The notes: generated by a model from the sequence alone, not told the origin. Shown: positions 18,709 to 29,352, counted from the stretch's first letter. The stretch: 64,000 nucleotides of DNA from Thermoplasmatota archaeon (GCA_036160375.1 JAYYDY010000068.1:169-64168); one strand, 5' to 3'. Translations and numbers: made by a program.

Positions 18709-21700
18709 ATGATTCGACGCCAGTTCCTTGGTTTGCTCTTCGTGTTCTTGTTCCTTGCACCGGCATGGTCGGTCATGTTTGCCCAAGCACAAGGCGGCAG
18801 CATCAGCACCTTCTCGACGGGTAGCGCCAGCGAAACCGTCACCATCACATCGGGCCAGCATGCAGCCGTTGGCTTTGAGTTGAGTCGAAACACGACGGTG
18901 ACCTCGGCGACCTTCTTTGTCACGCCCACCACCTCGGGCTCATCGGTTGGAACATTGGAAATCCACGCCAACAACGACGGCGCCCCTGAATGGGCGTTCA
19001 ACGACACGGGCTACGGCCATTTCGGCCAACAAAACGTGTTTGCGTCAGGAAACGCCACGGAGACCCTCTTCATCGACCCGAACATTGGTGCAGCCACCAA
19101 TCCTTCTGCTCCCTCGTTTTACCTCCCCACCGGGGCCAGCGTTTCAAGCACGGGCTACGACGTTGGCTTTTCACCGACGCTGACGGGCGGCTATTTCCAG
19201 ACCGGTTACATTCACGCCGTCGACAAGGGCGACATCAACAACGACAACAACACGGACTTCGCTTTGCTCTCCCGAACAGCCAATGTTTCGGTGGGCAACA
19301 TCACGGCGCCTGCCTACACGACGGCAGCCGCCTTCAAGGTCAGCACCTACGACAACACCACCGGCATCACCTTCTCCTCATGGGAACGCACGTGCACCAA
19401 CGCCACCCGAATCATGGTGGCCGATGTGGACGGCGACAACTACGATGACGTGGTCGGCTACGCCCCGAGCGACGACCAGTTGTGCATTCATTTTACCAAC
19501 ACGACCTCGGGTGGCTTCAAGCCCGTGGTGAACGTTACTCACGCTTCCAGCATCATTGACCTTGACTTCGGCGACTTCACCGGAAACGGCGTGGACGAGA
19601 TGGTCTCCATTCGCTCCAACGGCGTGGTTCAGGTTGACGAATTCAGCAACCGGTCCAACACCTTCTCGTCCCGTGGATCCGCCACCATCCAAATTCAAGG
19701 AACATCAAACGCCGCAACCCTCACCCATATGCTGTTTGCACGGTTTGCGGGAACACAGAACAACCCAACCCTCATTGCGGCTCAGGCCAACGGGGACGCC
19801 AACGAGGTGTTTTGGTCGCCTTCCACCTCTGACGTTTCCGTTGCAACCAGCATCATCTCAGGTGTTGCTCCTGGTTCCATCGTCGGTGATTTCGACGCCG
19901 ATCAGGATTTGGACATCCTGGCCCCTCGGCCTGCGGGTCATCGTTCCATCGAAAACCAGGGCGTTCTGGGCTGGGATGGCGACAACCACAACCGGTTGTT
20001 GACCTTGACCAACGCCACCATTTTGGATTATGACATGGACCTTGATGCCCATCTACTCGTCCCCAACCAAGGGAGCCCAGACGGCAACCCCGCCACCGTC
20101 ACTGGCAACGTTACCGCCTACGCCTTCACCAGTTCCTGGAATTCAGCAAATCAAGTGAGCGGCACAGCCTCCAATGTGTTTTTCCCTGGGACGGCTCCAC
20201 GCGCCGTTCACTTTGGCGACATGGACGGCGACGGCTCCAACGAACACCTCGTTCTCGTCGGCGAGGGCTCGCAGTACGGTGTGTTCATCTCTGCCTATCA
20301 CAAGGTCGGCTACGACATGGATCAGGACGGCCTCGCCGATGTTGAAGCGGAAGGCTACGCAGGAAACGGGAGCAACGGCTTGTCGATGTTGATGATCCAG
20401 GACAACACTGGAAACCTCACCCAGACCCTCAACGTCCTCAGCCCGGGCCTTCCCTACACTTCGGACGATTACGGCATCCAGATGGGCTGGGTGAACTTCT
20501 CCATGCATTCCCTCACAAAGGGCGACTTCACGTTCAGCGGCCTTGACATTCGCTACACGGCAGACTTCCTGGTGAACACCAACCCCAGCCTTGCCGGAAA
20601 CTTGAGCAACGCCCTCAACCAACAAATGACGGCCGGAACGGGAACGTTGACCGTACCGCTCCAATTCAACACCTCGGCTGACGGGAGTTTTGAGATCAAA
20701 AACCCGTCCGTCGCATACGTGGACGGCGCACCCAACATTGCGCTTCCACCGACGCCTGTGCTCCAACTCTCGGACGTGCAACCCGACCGCGTGGTCATTG
20801 ATTGGCAACCCATCACTGACTTCGGAGATGACTTGCTGGACTTCGCCATCTATCGTTCGCCCGCTGGCCAAGCCGTTGACCTGCAAACCTCCTACGCAAC
20901 GACCTTGGCGAACAACACCATCGACGTCGCCGTCCAGCCCGGTCAATCTTGGACCTATTGGGTGCAGAGCATTCATCGATTTGGTGTCACCAGCAACCTC
21001 TCGGCTCCGTTGACAGTATCCATTCCCTACCCAACGCCCAAGTCCTACATCCCTAACCTGTCGGCCATCGATGTGCCGGACGATGAGGGTGGCGTCATGG
21101 CCGTTTCTTGGAGTGCAGGCGATGCCTCCATCGTCGAACATCTCGTGTACGTTCTACCAAACGACTTCACGGACGTCGCCGGCCTGGACACCGTCTTGAC
21201 GGCCAACGCAACGACGTTGTCCCTCAGCACTGAGCAGGACAGTACGGGCGCTTCGCTTGTCGATGGCTTGGGCTACTACGTCGCCGCCATCGGTGTTGAC
21301 GTGTACGGCAACGCCTCCACCAACGTCACGACCATCGGGCCGATTTACACCCGAAACGACTCGGCCCTGCCAACCACCCGTGATGTAACGTACACGGACT
21401 TCTCGGAGAACACCCTCGACGGGCTGGTCCTCCTCGCTCGCTCACAACCGCTCAACGGCGTCGCCCACCTGCATCAAGACGGGACCGGCATCGCTGATGC
21501 AACGTTGCTGCTGAAGGTCAACGGCCTTGACGAGTCGTACTCGATGGAGTTGACCACGAACGAAACCGGACATGCCGTGCTTTCCCTCGATGCCCTGTCG
21601 GAACTCGGACCCATCGACGCCGTCGGTCCGATGCACCTCAACATGACGTGGGAAGGCGATGTGGGTAATGCCACCGTCCAACCCCTCGCACCGACGACGG

Positions 21701-23055
21701 CCTCAGCCGAAGCTTTCGGTACGGTCGTCGTGTCCATGGCGACCGAGGAACCCATCGCTGTTGACGATGCGGGTACGTTCTCCACCGTCCTTGATGTTGA
21801 GTCCGAAGACAGCACGCAAAGCATGTACTTGGCCAACATGGCCGTGAAGTGGCACGCCACCGATGCGTCTGGAACGGAAACCGAGAACGGCACGGCCGAG
21901 GTTCGAGGAAACGAACTGAGCATCGAGGGCACCGGCGCCTACGACGGCCGCTTGGTGGTCAAGCTCGGAACCTCGCCTCCGACGTTCTACCTCCCTGAAT
22001 TTTCCAACTCGTTTGCCTTTGCTTCGGCACCTGATACGGGCAACGAAACCAACACCACCAACGAGACCAACCAGACCACTGGTCCGACCTTCCCCGACAC
22101 AACCCTTCGCGCCATCGTTGATTGTGGGAATGCGACCTACGAATGGGACAGCAACGCCACGGACGTTGGCATCACCTGCACGGTGACCAACCCGAACCCG
22201 TTCGACGTCATGGTTGGGTTCGCATGGAAGGTCATTCCCGGCACGCCGCCCCCCATCGAATTGGTCTGGAACGAGGCCGCCGGCCCATCGGTGACGGTGG
22301 AAGCCAACGGAAGTGTTGACTTGACGTTCTCCTTGGTTCGCAACGCCCCAACGGAGGGCATGTTCCCTGGTCTCCAAGGCGAGGGGTACATCATCTCCCT
22401 CACCTGTCTTGATGTCGGCGACAACGCTTGCGCTTCCATGACCGAAAACACGGCTTCCACCGAAGGTGAAATTGTCTGGACGCTCGGTGAGATGCCGACC
22501 CAGGTCATTGACGACGACCCCATTGAAGACGAGGCTGAAGGGGCGATGACGCCCGTCTTGGTCGGCATTGGCCTGTTCATCGCCATCGCCGTTGGCGTGG
22601 GTGGCGTGCTCTACCTACGAAGCCGTGGCGACTTGGACTTTGACGACGACGATGATGACGAAGACGAGGATTACTTTGAACAAGCCTTGGCTGCCCCCGA
22701 ACCATCGACTCGCTCCAAGAGCGTCGACCTTGGCGCCTCAAAATCACTTGACGAACTCAAGGGTTCAGGCAAATCGCTCCACAGCGATGCACCTGAAGGA
22801 CTGGCCTCCTCTCCGTCCCTCGGAAGCAGCGCCGATGCGTTTGAGTTCGGCGCCACTGCAGAAGATGCGGCTGCGGCCGAGGAAGCGGAGGATGCAGAAG
22901 CGTCCTACGACGACGAGGAAACGTGGGACGAAGAAGCCACGGAAGACGACGGCATCTCGGTCGACGAGAACGGCACGGAATGGTGGGAAGACGAGGACGG
23001 CACGTGGTGGTACCGCGAAGAAGGTTGGGAAGACTGGGCCGTCTGGGAAGAATGA
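18709..23055 (+). CDS. giant surface protein: FG-GAP/VCBS-like repeats, Ig/FN3-like modules, TM anchor, long acidic cytoplasmic tail
   Basis: ATG 18709 gives MIRRQFLGLLFVFLFLAPAWSVMFAQA (signal peptide). Integrin-like Ca loops: DINNDNNTDF, ADVDGDNYDDVVGY, GDFTGNGVDEMV, GDFDADQDLDIL, GDMDGDGSNEHLV. Many sequons; TM is VLVGIGLFIAIAVGVGGVLYL, followed by a D/E/W-rich tail. Confidence 0.8.
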   Translation: MIRRQFLGLLFVFLFLAPAWSVMFAQAQGGSISTFSTGSASETVTITSGQHAAVGFELSRNTTVTSATFFVTPTTSGSSVGTLEIHANNDGAPEWAFNDTGYGHFGQQNVFASGNATETLFIDPNIGAATNPSAPSFYLPTGASVSSTGYDVGFSPTLTGGYFQTGYIHAVDKGDINNDNNTDFALLSRTANVSVGNITAPAYTTAAAFKVSTYDNTTGITFSSWERTCTNATRIMVADVDGDNYDDVVGYAPSDDQLCIHFTNTTSGGFKPVVNVTHASSIIDLDFGDFTGNGVDEMVSIRSNGVVQVDEFSNRSNTFSSRGSATIQIQGTSNAATLTHMLFARFAGTQNNPTLIAAQANGDANEVFWSPSTSDVSVATSIISGVAPGSIVGDFDADQDLDILAPRPAGHRSIENQGVLGWDGDNHNRLLTLTNATILDYDMDLDAHLLVPNQGSPDGNPATVTGNVTAYAFTSSWNSANQVSGTASNVFFPGTAPRAVHFGDMDGDGSNEHLVLVGEGSQYGVFISAYHKVGYDMDQDGLADVEAEGYAGNGSNGLSMLMIQDNTGNLTQTLNVLSPGLPYTSDDYGIQMGWVNFSMHSLTKGDFTFSGLDIRYTADFLVNTNPSLAGNLSNALNQQMTAGTGTLTVPLQFNTSADGSFEIKNPSVAYVDGAPNIALPPTPVLQLSDVQPDRVVIDWQPITDFGDDLLDFAIYRSPAGQAVDLQTSYATTLANNTIDVAVQPGQSWTYWVQSIHRFGVTSNLSAPLTVSIPYPTPKSYIPNLSAIDVPDDEGGVMAVSWSAGDASIVEHLVYVLPNDFTDVAGLDTVLTANATTLSLSTEQDSTGASLVDGLGYYVAAIGVDVYGNASTNVTTIGPIYTRNDSALPTTRDVTYTDFSENTLDGLVLLARSQPLNGVAHLHQDGTGIADATLLLKVNGLDESYSMELTTNETGHAVLSLDALSELGPIDAVGPMHLNMTWEGDVGNATVQPLAPTTASAEAFGTVVVSMATEEPIAVDDAGTFSTVLDVESEDSTQSMYLANMAVKWHATDASGTETENGTAEVRGNELSIEGTGAYDGRLVVKLGTSPPTFYLPEFSNSFAFASAPDTGNETNTTNETNQTTGPTFPDTTLRAIVDCGNATYEWDSNATDVGITCTVTNPNPFDVMVGFAWKVIPGTPPPIELVWNEAAGPSVTVEANGSVDLTFSLVRNAPTEGMFPGLQGEGYIISLTCLDVGDNACASMTENTASTEGEIVWTLGEMPTQVIDDDPIEDEAEGAMTPVLVGIGLFIAIAVGVGGVLYLRSRGDLDFDDDDDDEDEDYFEQALAAPEPSTRSKSVDLGASKSLDELKGSGKSLHSDAPEGLASSPSLGSSADAFEFGATAEDAAAAEEAEDAEASYDDEETWDEEATEDDGISVDENGTEWWEDEDGTWWYREEGWEDWAVWEE

Positions 23056-23069
23056 GCCACCCGTGAGCC

Positions 23070-23074
23070 TTTTT
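23070..23074 (+). terminator. oligo-T tract (candidate archaeal terminator)
   Basis: A T5 run lies 15 nt after the giant-gene stop. Archaeal termination commonly uses T-runs. Confidence 0.3.
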
Positions 23075-23111
23075 ACAGGACCTTGATTGGGAAGAAAACG
23101 GAGGGAGTACC

Positions 23112-23870
23112 ATGGATGCAAACCTGCAATCCTATGCCTTGGTTCTCCACCAAGATGCCGACCCACGAACGGGCGGAACGGCGGTGTGCGGATTCACCAC
23201 CGCCGGGATGGTGGGGGTGATCTCGACGTCCCACATCATCAAAACCCTGGGGCTTCGCCAACTTGGCACGGTCATGCACAAGGATTTCCCGGCGGTTGCG
23301 CTGATTCACGACGAGGTGCCCAAGCACCCTGTTCGCGTCTACCAGGGCGACGGCATCGGTGTGTTCACGTCAGAAATTCAATTTGGCAACGAAACAGACA
23401 TTCCGTTCGCGACCACGGTGCTCGAGTGGTTCACCAAGGGCGGCTTTGACCGACTGATCATCATCGACGGCCTGACCCGTCCCGAAAAAGAACTCAGCAC
23501 CGGCGAATTGTTTGGTGTGGGATCCATTCCTGCGGCACGAGAGCGCCTCAAGCGCCTCGATATCGAACCCATTCAGCAGGGCATTGTCTCCGGCATTACC
23601 GGCTTCTTGCTGGGCGAGGGCGACCGCCTCGGGATTGACATCACGGCGCTGCTGTCCGAAGCCAGCCCGATGTACCCCGACGCTCGAGCCGCTGCGCTGG
23701 CCGTCGAAGCCGTGAGCGATTTGACCGGGCTTGAAATTCCGCTTACGGAACTGATCGAAAACGCCCGGTCCATCGAGGACAGCGTTCGTGACATCATCGA
23801 GAACGCCTCGCAAATGCTTCCGGCGCCTGAGGAGGATAATGTGACGGACATCGACCCGTCGTTCGGTTGA
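23112..23870 (+). CDS. PAC2-family proteasome assembly chaperone paralog
   Basis: Same architecture as 9340-10143 (CGFTTAGMVGVISTSHIIK..., PMYPDARAAALAVEAV). GGAGGGAG lies upstream. The C-terminus ...DPSFG* lacks a canonical HbYX Tyr. Confidence 0.72.
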   Translation: MDANLQSYALVLHQDADPRTGGTAVCGFTTAGMVGVISTSHIIKTLGLRQLGTVMHKDFPAVALIHDEVPKHPVRVYQGDGIGVFTSEIQFGNETDIPFATTVLEWFTKGGFDRLIIIDGLTRPEKELSTGELFGVGSIPAARERLKRLDIEPIQQGIVSGITGFLLGEGDRLGIDITALLSEASPMYPDARAAALAVEAVSDLTGLEIPLTELIENARSIEDSVRDIIENASQMLPAPEEDNVTDIDPSFG

Positions 23871-23873
23871 CGC

Positions 23874-25220
23874 TTAATCGGCAAGCAACGTCCGCACCGC
23901 TTTGAGGACGATTTCGTGTGGGGCATCGGTCACGAAAAACGGGTCAATGTCGGGCACCCTTGCAGCGGCGTGCCCCTCGTTAACAAGCGCTTCAAACAAC
24001 GCCTCCATTTTTGGTGCTTGACCGGTACCGGCCATGTTGGGCACATCGTCCATGTGGTACAGGGTGTGTTCTCGGCTCATCAAATCAGCAGCGTCGGCGA
24101 TGTAGCGAACGCTTCGACGAAGTTCACGTTGCGCATACTCTGAGTCTTCCTCGTTCCAATTCAGCCCGTGATGGCGATGGTCAGCGAGTTCCCCCGTCGT
24201 CGGAAAGCACGTTTGGATGGCACGTTCCTCGGTCATTCGTCCGGCGATGTCCCTGTCCCATAGCGGTCCGATCCACATGGGGCCGCTGGCTTTGCTGACC
24301 TCATCGGGCGTTGGATGTTGGACAAATCGATACGTTCCATCCTCGTTGCGAACTCGCCACCCCATGGATTGGAGGACGTCGGAAGCACCCTCACGGCTGC
24401 GACGAATTTTTGCGCTCACCCGAACGTGGTGGCCGTCAAACAAGGCCAGAACGGGTTCAACGCATCGGTCATGACGTGCAGCCGTGGTGGCGATGAGGCC
24501 GAGGAGCACCCGGACCGCATCGTCATGGGCGTAGCTGTCGACGATACCTTTCGCACCGTACCGTCGCTGCCCAGAGGAAGCGCTTGACCCGGTTAACGCC
24601 GCCGTGTCGGTGGCTGTCACCTCGAGGAAGGCCACGCGAGAGAGGCCTTGGACGGCCGCGTCAAGGAAGTTGACGGGCGAACCAAACGGGTCAAGGTCGA
24701 CCCACTGGTAGGCCGCTTCCATCAGGGCGATTCGTGCATCGTTGTTCATCACGAACAGCCCGTTGTGCATGGTGCCGTTGGGCAGTCGCTCGTATCGGTC
24801 GTCTTCCAGTGCATGGTCAACTCGGGTGGCTGGTGGGTGTTGTTCATGCGCAGCAATGAGTCGGCTGAGCGCCACGTTGTCGAGGTCGTTGGCGGTGATT
24901 CGCAGGCGTTGTTGGTGCTTGGCGGGCACTTCGTTTCGCCATCGACGCACGCGAACGCCCGTGGCGCACAACGCATCCAAGGCCCGGAGGTCATGGTCGG
25001 GTTTGACCAACCAGTCGTGCTCAAGTGCATCCGCCAGCAGGAGCACGGAGCGGGTTCGAGCAGGCGCCATGGCGGGGTTGAGGAAGCCTGGGCCCGTGCG
25101 TTTGGCAGGTCCTCGAGGCATGTGCGTTGGACGTTCTTGGTCGGCGCTCAGTTGGACCAGCGTCTTGCCTTCCATCCAAAGGTGGCCGTCACGCTCAGTT
25201 GAACCAGAAGCGTCGGCCAT
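23874..25220 (-). CDS. trm1: tRNA (guanine26-N2)-dimethyltransferase Trm1
   Basis: FLNPAMAPARTRSV, VDLDPFGSPVNFLDAAV, EVTATDTAALTG and GPMWIGPLWD are TRM1 family hallmarks. Confidence 0.87.
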   Translation of the reverse strand: MADASGSTERDGHLWMEGKTLVQLSADQERPTHMPRGPAKRTGPGFLNPAMAPARTRSVLLLADALEHDWLVKPDHDLRALDALCATGVRVRRWRNEVPAKHQQRLRITANDLDNVALSRLIAAHEQHPPATRVDHALEDDRYERLPNGTMHNGLFVMNNDARIALMEAAYQWVDLDPFGSPVNFLDAAVQGLSRVAFLEVTATDTAALTGSSASSGQRRYGAKGIVDSYAHDDAVRVLLGLIATTAARHDRCVEPVLALFDGHHVRVSAKIRRSREGASDVLQSMGWRVRNEDGTYRFVQHPTPDEVSKASGPMWIGPLWDRDIAGRMTEERAIQTCFPTTGELADHRHHGLNWNEEDSEYAQRELRRSVRYIADAADLMSREHTLYHMDDVPNMAGTGQAPKMEALFEALVNEGHAAARVPDIDPFFVTDAPHEIVLKAVRTLLAD

Positions 25221-25269
25221 GGCCTTGCCAGCGCCCTCTCCCTCATGACCGCACCGATGCGGACGGGCT

Positions 25270-26382
25270 TCAGTAATGTGAGAATTCCACGCCTTCGATG
25301 GCGTGGGTCACACGGTGGCCGTGATCCCTGACATGGCCAACGATGGCCACCCCTTCCATGCGTTGTTGTAACCATTCAACGACAGCGGATGCATGGTTGG
25401 CGTCTACGGCGATGACCATGCCCATGCCCATGTTGAACGTGCGGTACATCTCTCTGGTTTCCACACCGCCGGCGGATTGGAGCCAGGTGAACTCGGGAAG
25501 CACCGGAAGTGGAGTATGGATGTCCCACCCCAGCGAAGGGTGGAGGCGGAGCAGGTTGGACAGCCCGCCGCCCGTGATGTGGCAGATTCCTCGAACATGC
25601 TCAATGTTGAAGGGGGCGTCGGCGCGAGCAGCGTTGAGCAGGTCAACCACCGGGTCACAGTAAATGCGGGTGGGGTTGAGGACCACTTCGCCCAAGGTTG
25701 GGGTACCATCGGTCCAACGCATCAGCGTTCGACCGTCGTGGTCGGCATTGAACGGTGCGGGGTCGGTGTAGGTCAAGCCGGCATGTTCGACGATCTTGCG
25801 AACCAACGAATAGCCGTTGGAATGAATCCCTGAGGCGGGCAGTCCGATGAGGACGTCCCCGTCTTGGAGATGTTCGCCGGTGATGGCTTGTCCCTTTGGC
25901 AGCCAGCCAAGGGCCGTGCCCGAGAGGTCGAGTTCCGTGACGATGCCGGGCAATGAAGCGGTTTCTCCGCCTGCGAGCGTGACACGAGCCAGACGACACG
26001 CCTCAGCCAAGGAGGCGCCGAGCGCAGCATGGATGGCCGGGTCGGGCTTTGGAACGGCCACGTAGTCAACAAAGGCGATGGGCTCGGCACCCACGCACAA
26101 CAGGTCGTTGACGTTCATGGCCATGCAGTCGATGCCCACGCCGCCCCACTGCTCCAGCATCGTGGCAATTTGCAATTTACTACCCACGCCGTCAGTGGCC
26201 ATGGCGAGCAGGTTGTCACCAAATTCGATCAGCCCGCCAAACCCGCCGGGAAGGTCCACGGGGGCGCCTGGCGTCCCGGGTTGTCGGACGCTCTTCGACA
26301 GGGCACCGATGAGTGAGGCGACCGCTGAACCCTCGAGATCGATGTCAACCCCCGCACTGGCGTAATCCATGGGCTCACTCAT
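25270..26382 (-). CDS. purM: phosphoribosylformylglycinamidine cyclo-ligase (AIR synthase) PurM
   Basis: DYASAGVDIDLEGSAV..., GGFGGLIEF and DGVGSKLQIA. Start chosen at MSEPMDY (26382); the ORF is open to 26430. Confidence 0.92.
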   Translation of the reverse strand: MSEPMDYASAGVDIDLEGSAVASLIGALSKSVRQPGTPGAPVDLPGGFGGLIEFGDNLLAMATDGVGSKLQIATMLEQWGGVGIDCMAMNVNDLLCVGAEPIAFVDYVAVPKPDPAIHAALGASLAEACRLARVTLAGGETASLPGIVTELDLSGTALGWLPKGQAITGEHLQDGDVLIGLPASGIHSNGYSLVRKIVEHAGLTYTDPAPFNADHDGRTLMRWTDGTPTLGEVVLNPTRIYCDPVVDLLNAARADAPFNIEHVRGICHITGGGLSNLLRLHPSLGWDIHTPLPVLPEFTWLQSAGGVETREMYRTFNMGMGMVIAVDANHASAVVEWLQQRMEGVAIVGHVRDHGHRVTHAIEGVEFSHY

Positions 26383-26426
26383 GGTGTGTCCATCGGTTGG
26401 CGTTTCATGAAGGAATCGCTTGGGTT

Positions 26427-27035
26427 TCAAGCGTCCATCACGAGGCGGGTGAGTGGAATCAGTTCACTCAAACTCTCGTGAAGCCGATGGCCATCGTTCA
26501 CCTCATGAAGAGAAACGTGGTCGAGGGTGCCTTTGGCTCGTTCGCTGTTGGTCAGTGGCACGACATCGTCCCCGGTCCCGTGAAGGATGGCCGTTGGGTG
26601 GTGCAGCGCGGGCCACGAATGTGTTCGTGCGATCTCAACAAAGGACCACGGCATGATGACAGGTTCGTCCCATCCGGGTGGCTGGAAGACGTGGGTGCCG
26701 GACTGCTCCCATGCCTCCATGGCTTGCTGGCCGAGGGTGGAGGCCACCAGTTCATCGTAGCCAAAAGCGGGCGCTAACAGGACGAGGCGAAGGGCGGCTT
26801 CAGGACGTTGAGCCGCAGCGTTGGCCGTGGCCAGGCCACCGAACGAGGAACCGATGAGCACGTCAAACGGACCCAACTCGTCAATGGCCTCGAGGACCAC
26901 ACGCGTTTGACTGGCTTGGTCCCACCCGTACTTCCGCATGTCAAGCGTAGTGACGTCCCACCCCTGGGCTCGCATCCATGCTGCTTTGCTGCTGTCGGTG
27001 CTGGACCACAAACCGTGTGCGAAGGTGACCTTCAT
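26427..27035 (-). CDS. alpha/beta hydrolase
   Basis: Nucleophile elbow LIGSSFGG (GxSxG) and a C-terminal HGTGDDVVP...H pattern. Start chosen at MKVTFAHGLW (27035). Confidence 0.68.
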   Translation of the reverse strand: MKVTFAHGLWSSTDSSKAAWMRAQGWDVTTLDMRKYGWDQASQTRVVLEAIDELGPFDVLIGSSFGGLATANAAAQRPEAALRLVLLAPAFGYDELVASTLGQQAMEAWEQSGTHVFQPPGWDEPVIMPWSFVEIARTHSWPALHHPTAILHGTGDDVVPLTNSERAKGTLDHVSLHEVNDGHRLHESLSELIPLTRLVMDA

Positions 27036-27177
27036 GGCCAAAGGTACGGTTGAGGCTACATGGATTCTTCGCCGCCGGCGGTTCTCCACACGACGCTCGA
27101 AGCGTGGAAAACAAGGGGTGTGCGCGGCCCCAATTCTCCAGTGGAAACAGGGGGGTGCATTGCCCGACCGAGAACGG

Positions 27178-27183
27178 TTATAT
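27178..27183 (+). promoter_or_regulatory. candidate TATA box for mcm
   Basis: GAACGGTTATATCCCG lies 36 nt upstream of ATG 27220, with GGAGGTGA at 27210-27217 in between. Confidence 0.35.
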
Positions 27184-27219
27184 CCCGTTGCCTCCGATGG
27201 CGTACGCCCGGAGGTGAAG

Positions 27220-29352
27220 ATGGTGAGTGCGATTCAAGAATTCGACCTCCCGGCTCGTTGGACCTCCCTCCTTCAAGACAAGTATTCCGAAGCCATTCAC
27301 AACCTCGCCAAGATGTGGCCTGACGAGGGTTCCCTTGAGGTGTCGTTCCGTGAGGTTGAGGGCTACGACCACGAATTTGCGCAGGACATCCTCGCCAACC
27401 CCGACCACCACTTTCGTGCGGCAAACCAGGCCTTGCGCCAATTCTTGCTGGACGCTGGTGAAGGGAACTTGATGCCGTTCGTTCGCATCATCCACCTTCC
27501 AAGCGACCAAGTGAGAACAGTGTCTCAACTCCGCGCCGATGACATCGGACGGATGATCGCCATTGATGCGGTCACCACCAAAATCACCGGGGTCCGCCCG
27601 CGGTTGTACTCGGCCGTGTTCGAATGCGTGGCCTGCGGCCACAGCATGGAGATCAACCAGCCCAACGAGCAGGAACTGATCGAACCCCTTGAGTGCTCCC
27701 AAATCGACGGCGGCTGCGGCCGACCCAAGCGGCAGACCCGGTTCTTGCTTCAGCAGCAGGCCTCCCATCTCATCAACTCGCAATTCATTGAGCTTCAGGA
27801 ACTTCCCGAGCAGATGAAGGGCGGCATCCAGCCCGAACGCATCCTCTGCATCGGCGAGCAAGATTTGGCCGGGCGGCTGAACCCTGGTGACCGTGTCAAG
27901 GCCAACGGTGTCCTGTTCATCCGCTCTCAGCGCAAAGGCGGCAAGGACACGCCGGTGTTCGACATTTTCCTTCGTATCCATTCGCTGGAACGGCAGAACA
28001 TCCCGCTGGAGGAAATCATCATCTCCGAAGAGGAAGAGAACGAAATTCGTGACATCGCCAGAGACCCCCAGGTCTACGACCTGCTGACGCGAAGCATTGC
28101 GCCGTCCATCTTCGGCATGGAACGCATCAAGGAATCGCTCATGCTCCAACTCTTTGGCGGTGAGGCTCAGGTCAACGAAGATGGCACTCGAAACCGCGGC
28201 GACATCCACATTCTGCTGATGGGCGACCCGGGTGTGGCCAAATCGCAACTTCTGCATTACATGTCCACCATCTCGCCACGCGGACGCTTTGCTTCCGGTC
28301 AATCCGCTTCGGCTGCGGGGCTGACCGCTGCTGCCGTGCAGGATGCGGCGGCTGACGGTCGCTGGACCCTCGAGGCCGGCGCCTTGGTGCTGGCCGACCT
28401 TGGCTTGGCCGCCATCGACGAATTCGACAAGATGAACGCTGCCGACCGTTCAAGCATGCACGAAGCCATGGAACAGCAGAGCATCTCCATCTCCAAAGCC
28501 GGCATCAACGCCAGCCTTCGCACACGTTGCGCTGTGCTCGCCGCCGCCAACCCCACCAGCGGCCGTTTCCAACCGGTGAGTGATGTCCCGTTCACCTCAC
28601 AGATCAACCTCGCTCCACCGCTCATTTCTCGCTTTGACATCATCTGGTTGTTGACGGATACACCAAACGAGTCCAACGACGAAAAAATTGCATCTCACAT
28701 CATCTCCAACAGGCTGAAGGGAAGCAGTGAATTGCTCGTGAAGGAGGGAACCATCCCCGATCCGTCTCGCTCAACGGCCCAACGAAAGGAGGCCAAGAAA
28801 GCCGATGGAACGTACGAGGTGCTTCCACGCGAACTTCTGCGAAAATACGTCGCCTACTCCAAACGCATGTTCCATCCCAAACTCAACGACGAGGCGCGGG
28901 AGATGATCGTCGCTTACTACGTGGAAACGAGAAAATCCGGAGGAGAATCCGAGGACAGCGTGGCCATCACCGCACGATCACTCGAAGCCCTTTCCCGTTT
29001 GGCAGAAGCGAGCGCCCGAATCCGTCTCTCCGAAAGCGCCACCGCCGATGACGCCAAGCGAGCCATCCGGCTGACGAAGACCTGGCGGCACGAACTCATG
29101 GGCGAGAACTTTGACATGACGACCATCGAGTCAGGCAAGAAAGGAAAGGTTCGAAACCAAGAGAAAGCCATCATTGACATCGTTTCGGTGCTGCAAAACG
29201 ATTCGGGAACGGCCGCTAATTTGCTCGATGTGTTGACCGAAGCTGAACGTCGCGACATCCCACGCAGCAAGGCAGAGGACATCATCGACAAATTGTGCCG
29301 AGACGGGCGCATGATGCGACCTTCTGGCTACGACACCCTCCAGATTGTTTGA
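27220..29352 (+). CDS. mcm: MCM replicative helicase
   Basis: Zn motif CVACGH...C..IDGGCG; Walker A GDPGVAKSQLL; Walker B AAIDEFDKM; arginine finger region SRFD. Length 711 aa from the SD-preceded ATG 27220, with no intein-sized insert. Confidence 0.93.
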   Translation: MVSAIQEFDLPARWTSLLQDKYSEAIHNLAKMWPDEGSLEVSFREVEGYDHEFAQDILANPDHHFRAANQALRQFLLDAGEGNLMPFVRIIHLPSDQVRTVSQLRADDIGRMIAIDAVTTKITGVRPRLYSAVFECVACGHSMEINQPNEQELIEPLECSQIDGGCGRPKRQTRFLLQQQASHLINSQFIELQELPEQMKGGIQPERILCIGEQDLAGRLNPGDRVKANGVLFIRSQRKGGKDTPVFDIFLRIHSLERQNIPLEEIIISEEEENEIRDIARDPQVYDLLTRSIAPSIFGMERIKESLMLQLFGGEAQVNEDGTRNRGDIHILLMGDPGVAKSQLLHYMSTISPRGRFASGQSASAAGLTAAAVQDAAADGRWTLEAGALVLADLGLAAIDEFDKMNAADRSSMHEAMEQQSISISKAGINASLRTRCAVLAAANPTSGRFQPVSDVPFTSQINLAPPLISRFDIIWLLTDTPNESNDEKIASHIISNRLKGSSELLVKEGTIPDPSRSTAQRKEAKKADGTYEVLPRELLRKYVAYSKRMFHPKLNDEAREMIVAYYVETRKSGGESEDSVAITARSLEALSRLAEASARIRLSESATADDAKRAIRLTKTWRHELMGENFDMTTIESGKKGKVRNQEKAIIDIVSVLQNDSGTAANLLDVLTEAERRDIPRSKAEDIIDKLCRDGRMMRPSGYDTLQIV

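Noticed and set aside
27220-29352. Looked for an intein or large insertion in MCM
   Set aside because: A length of 711 aa with contiguous Walker A/B and no Cys/Ser...HN splice junction pattern gives no evidence for an intein.
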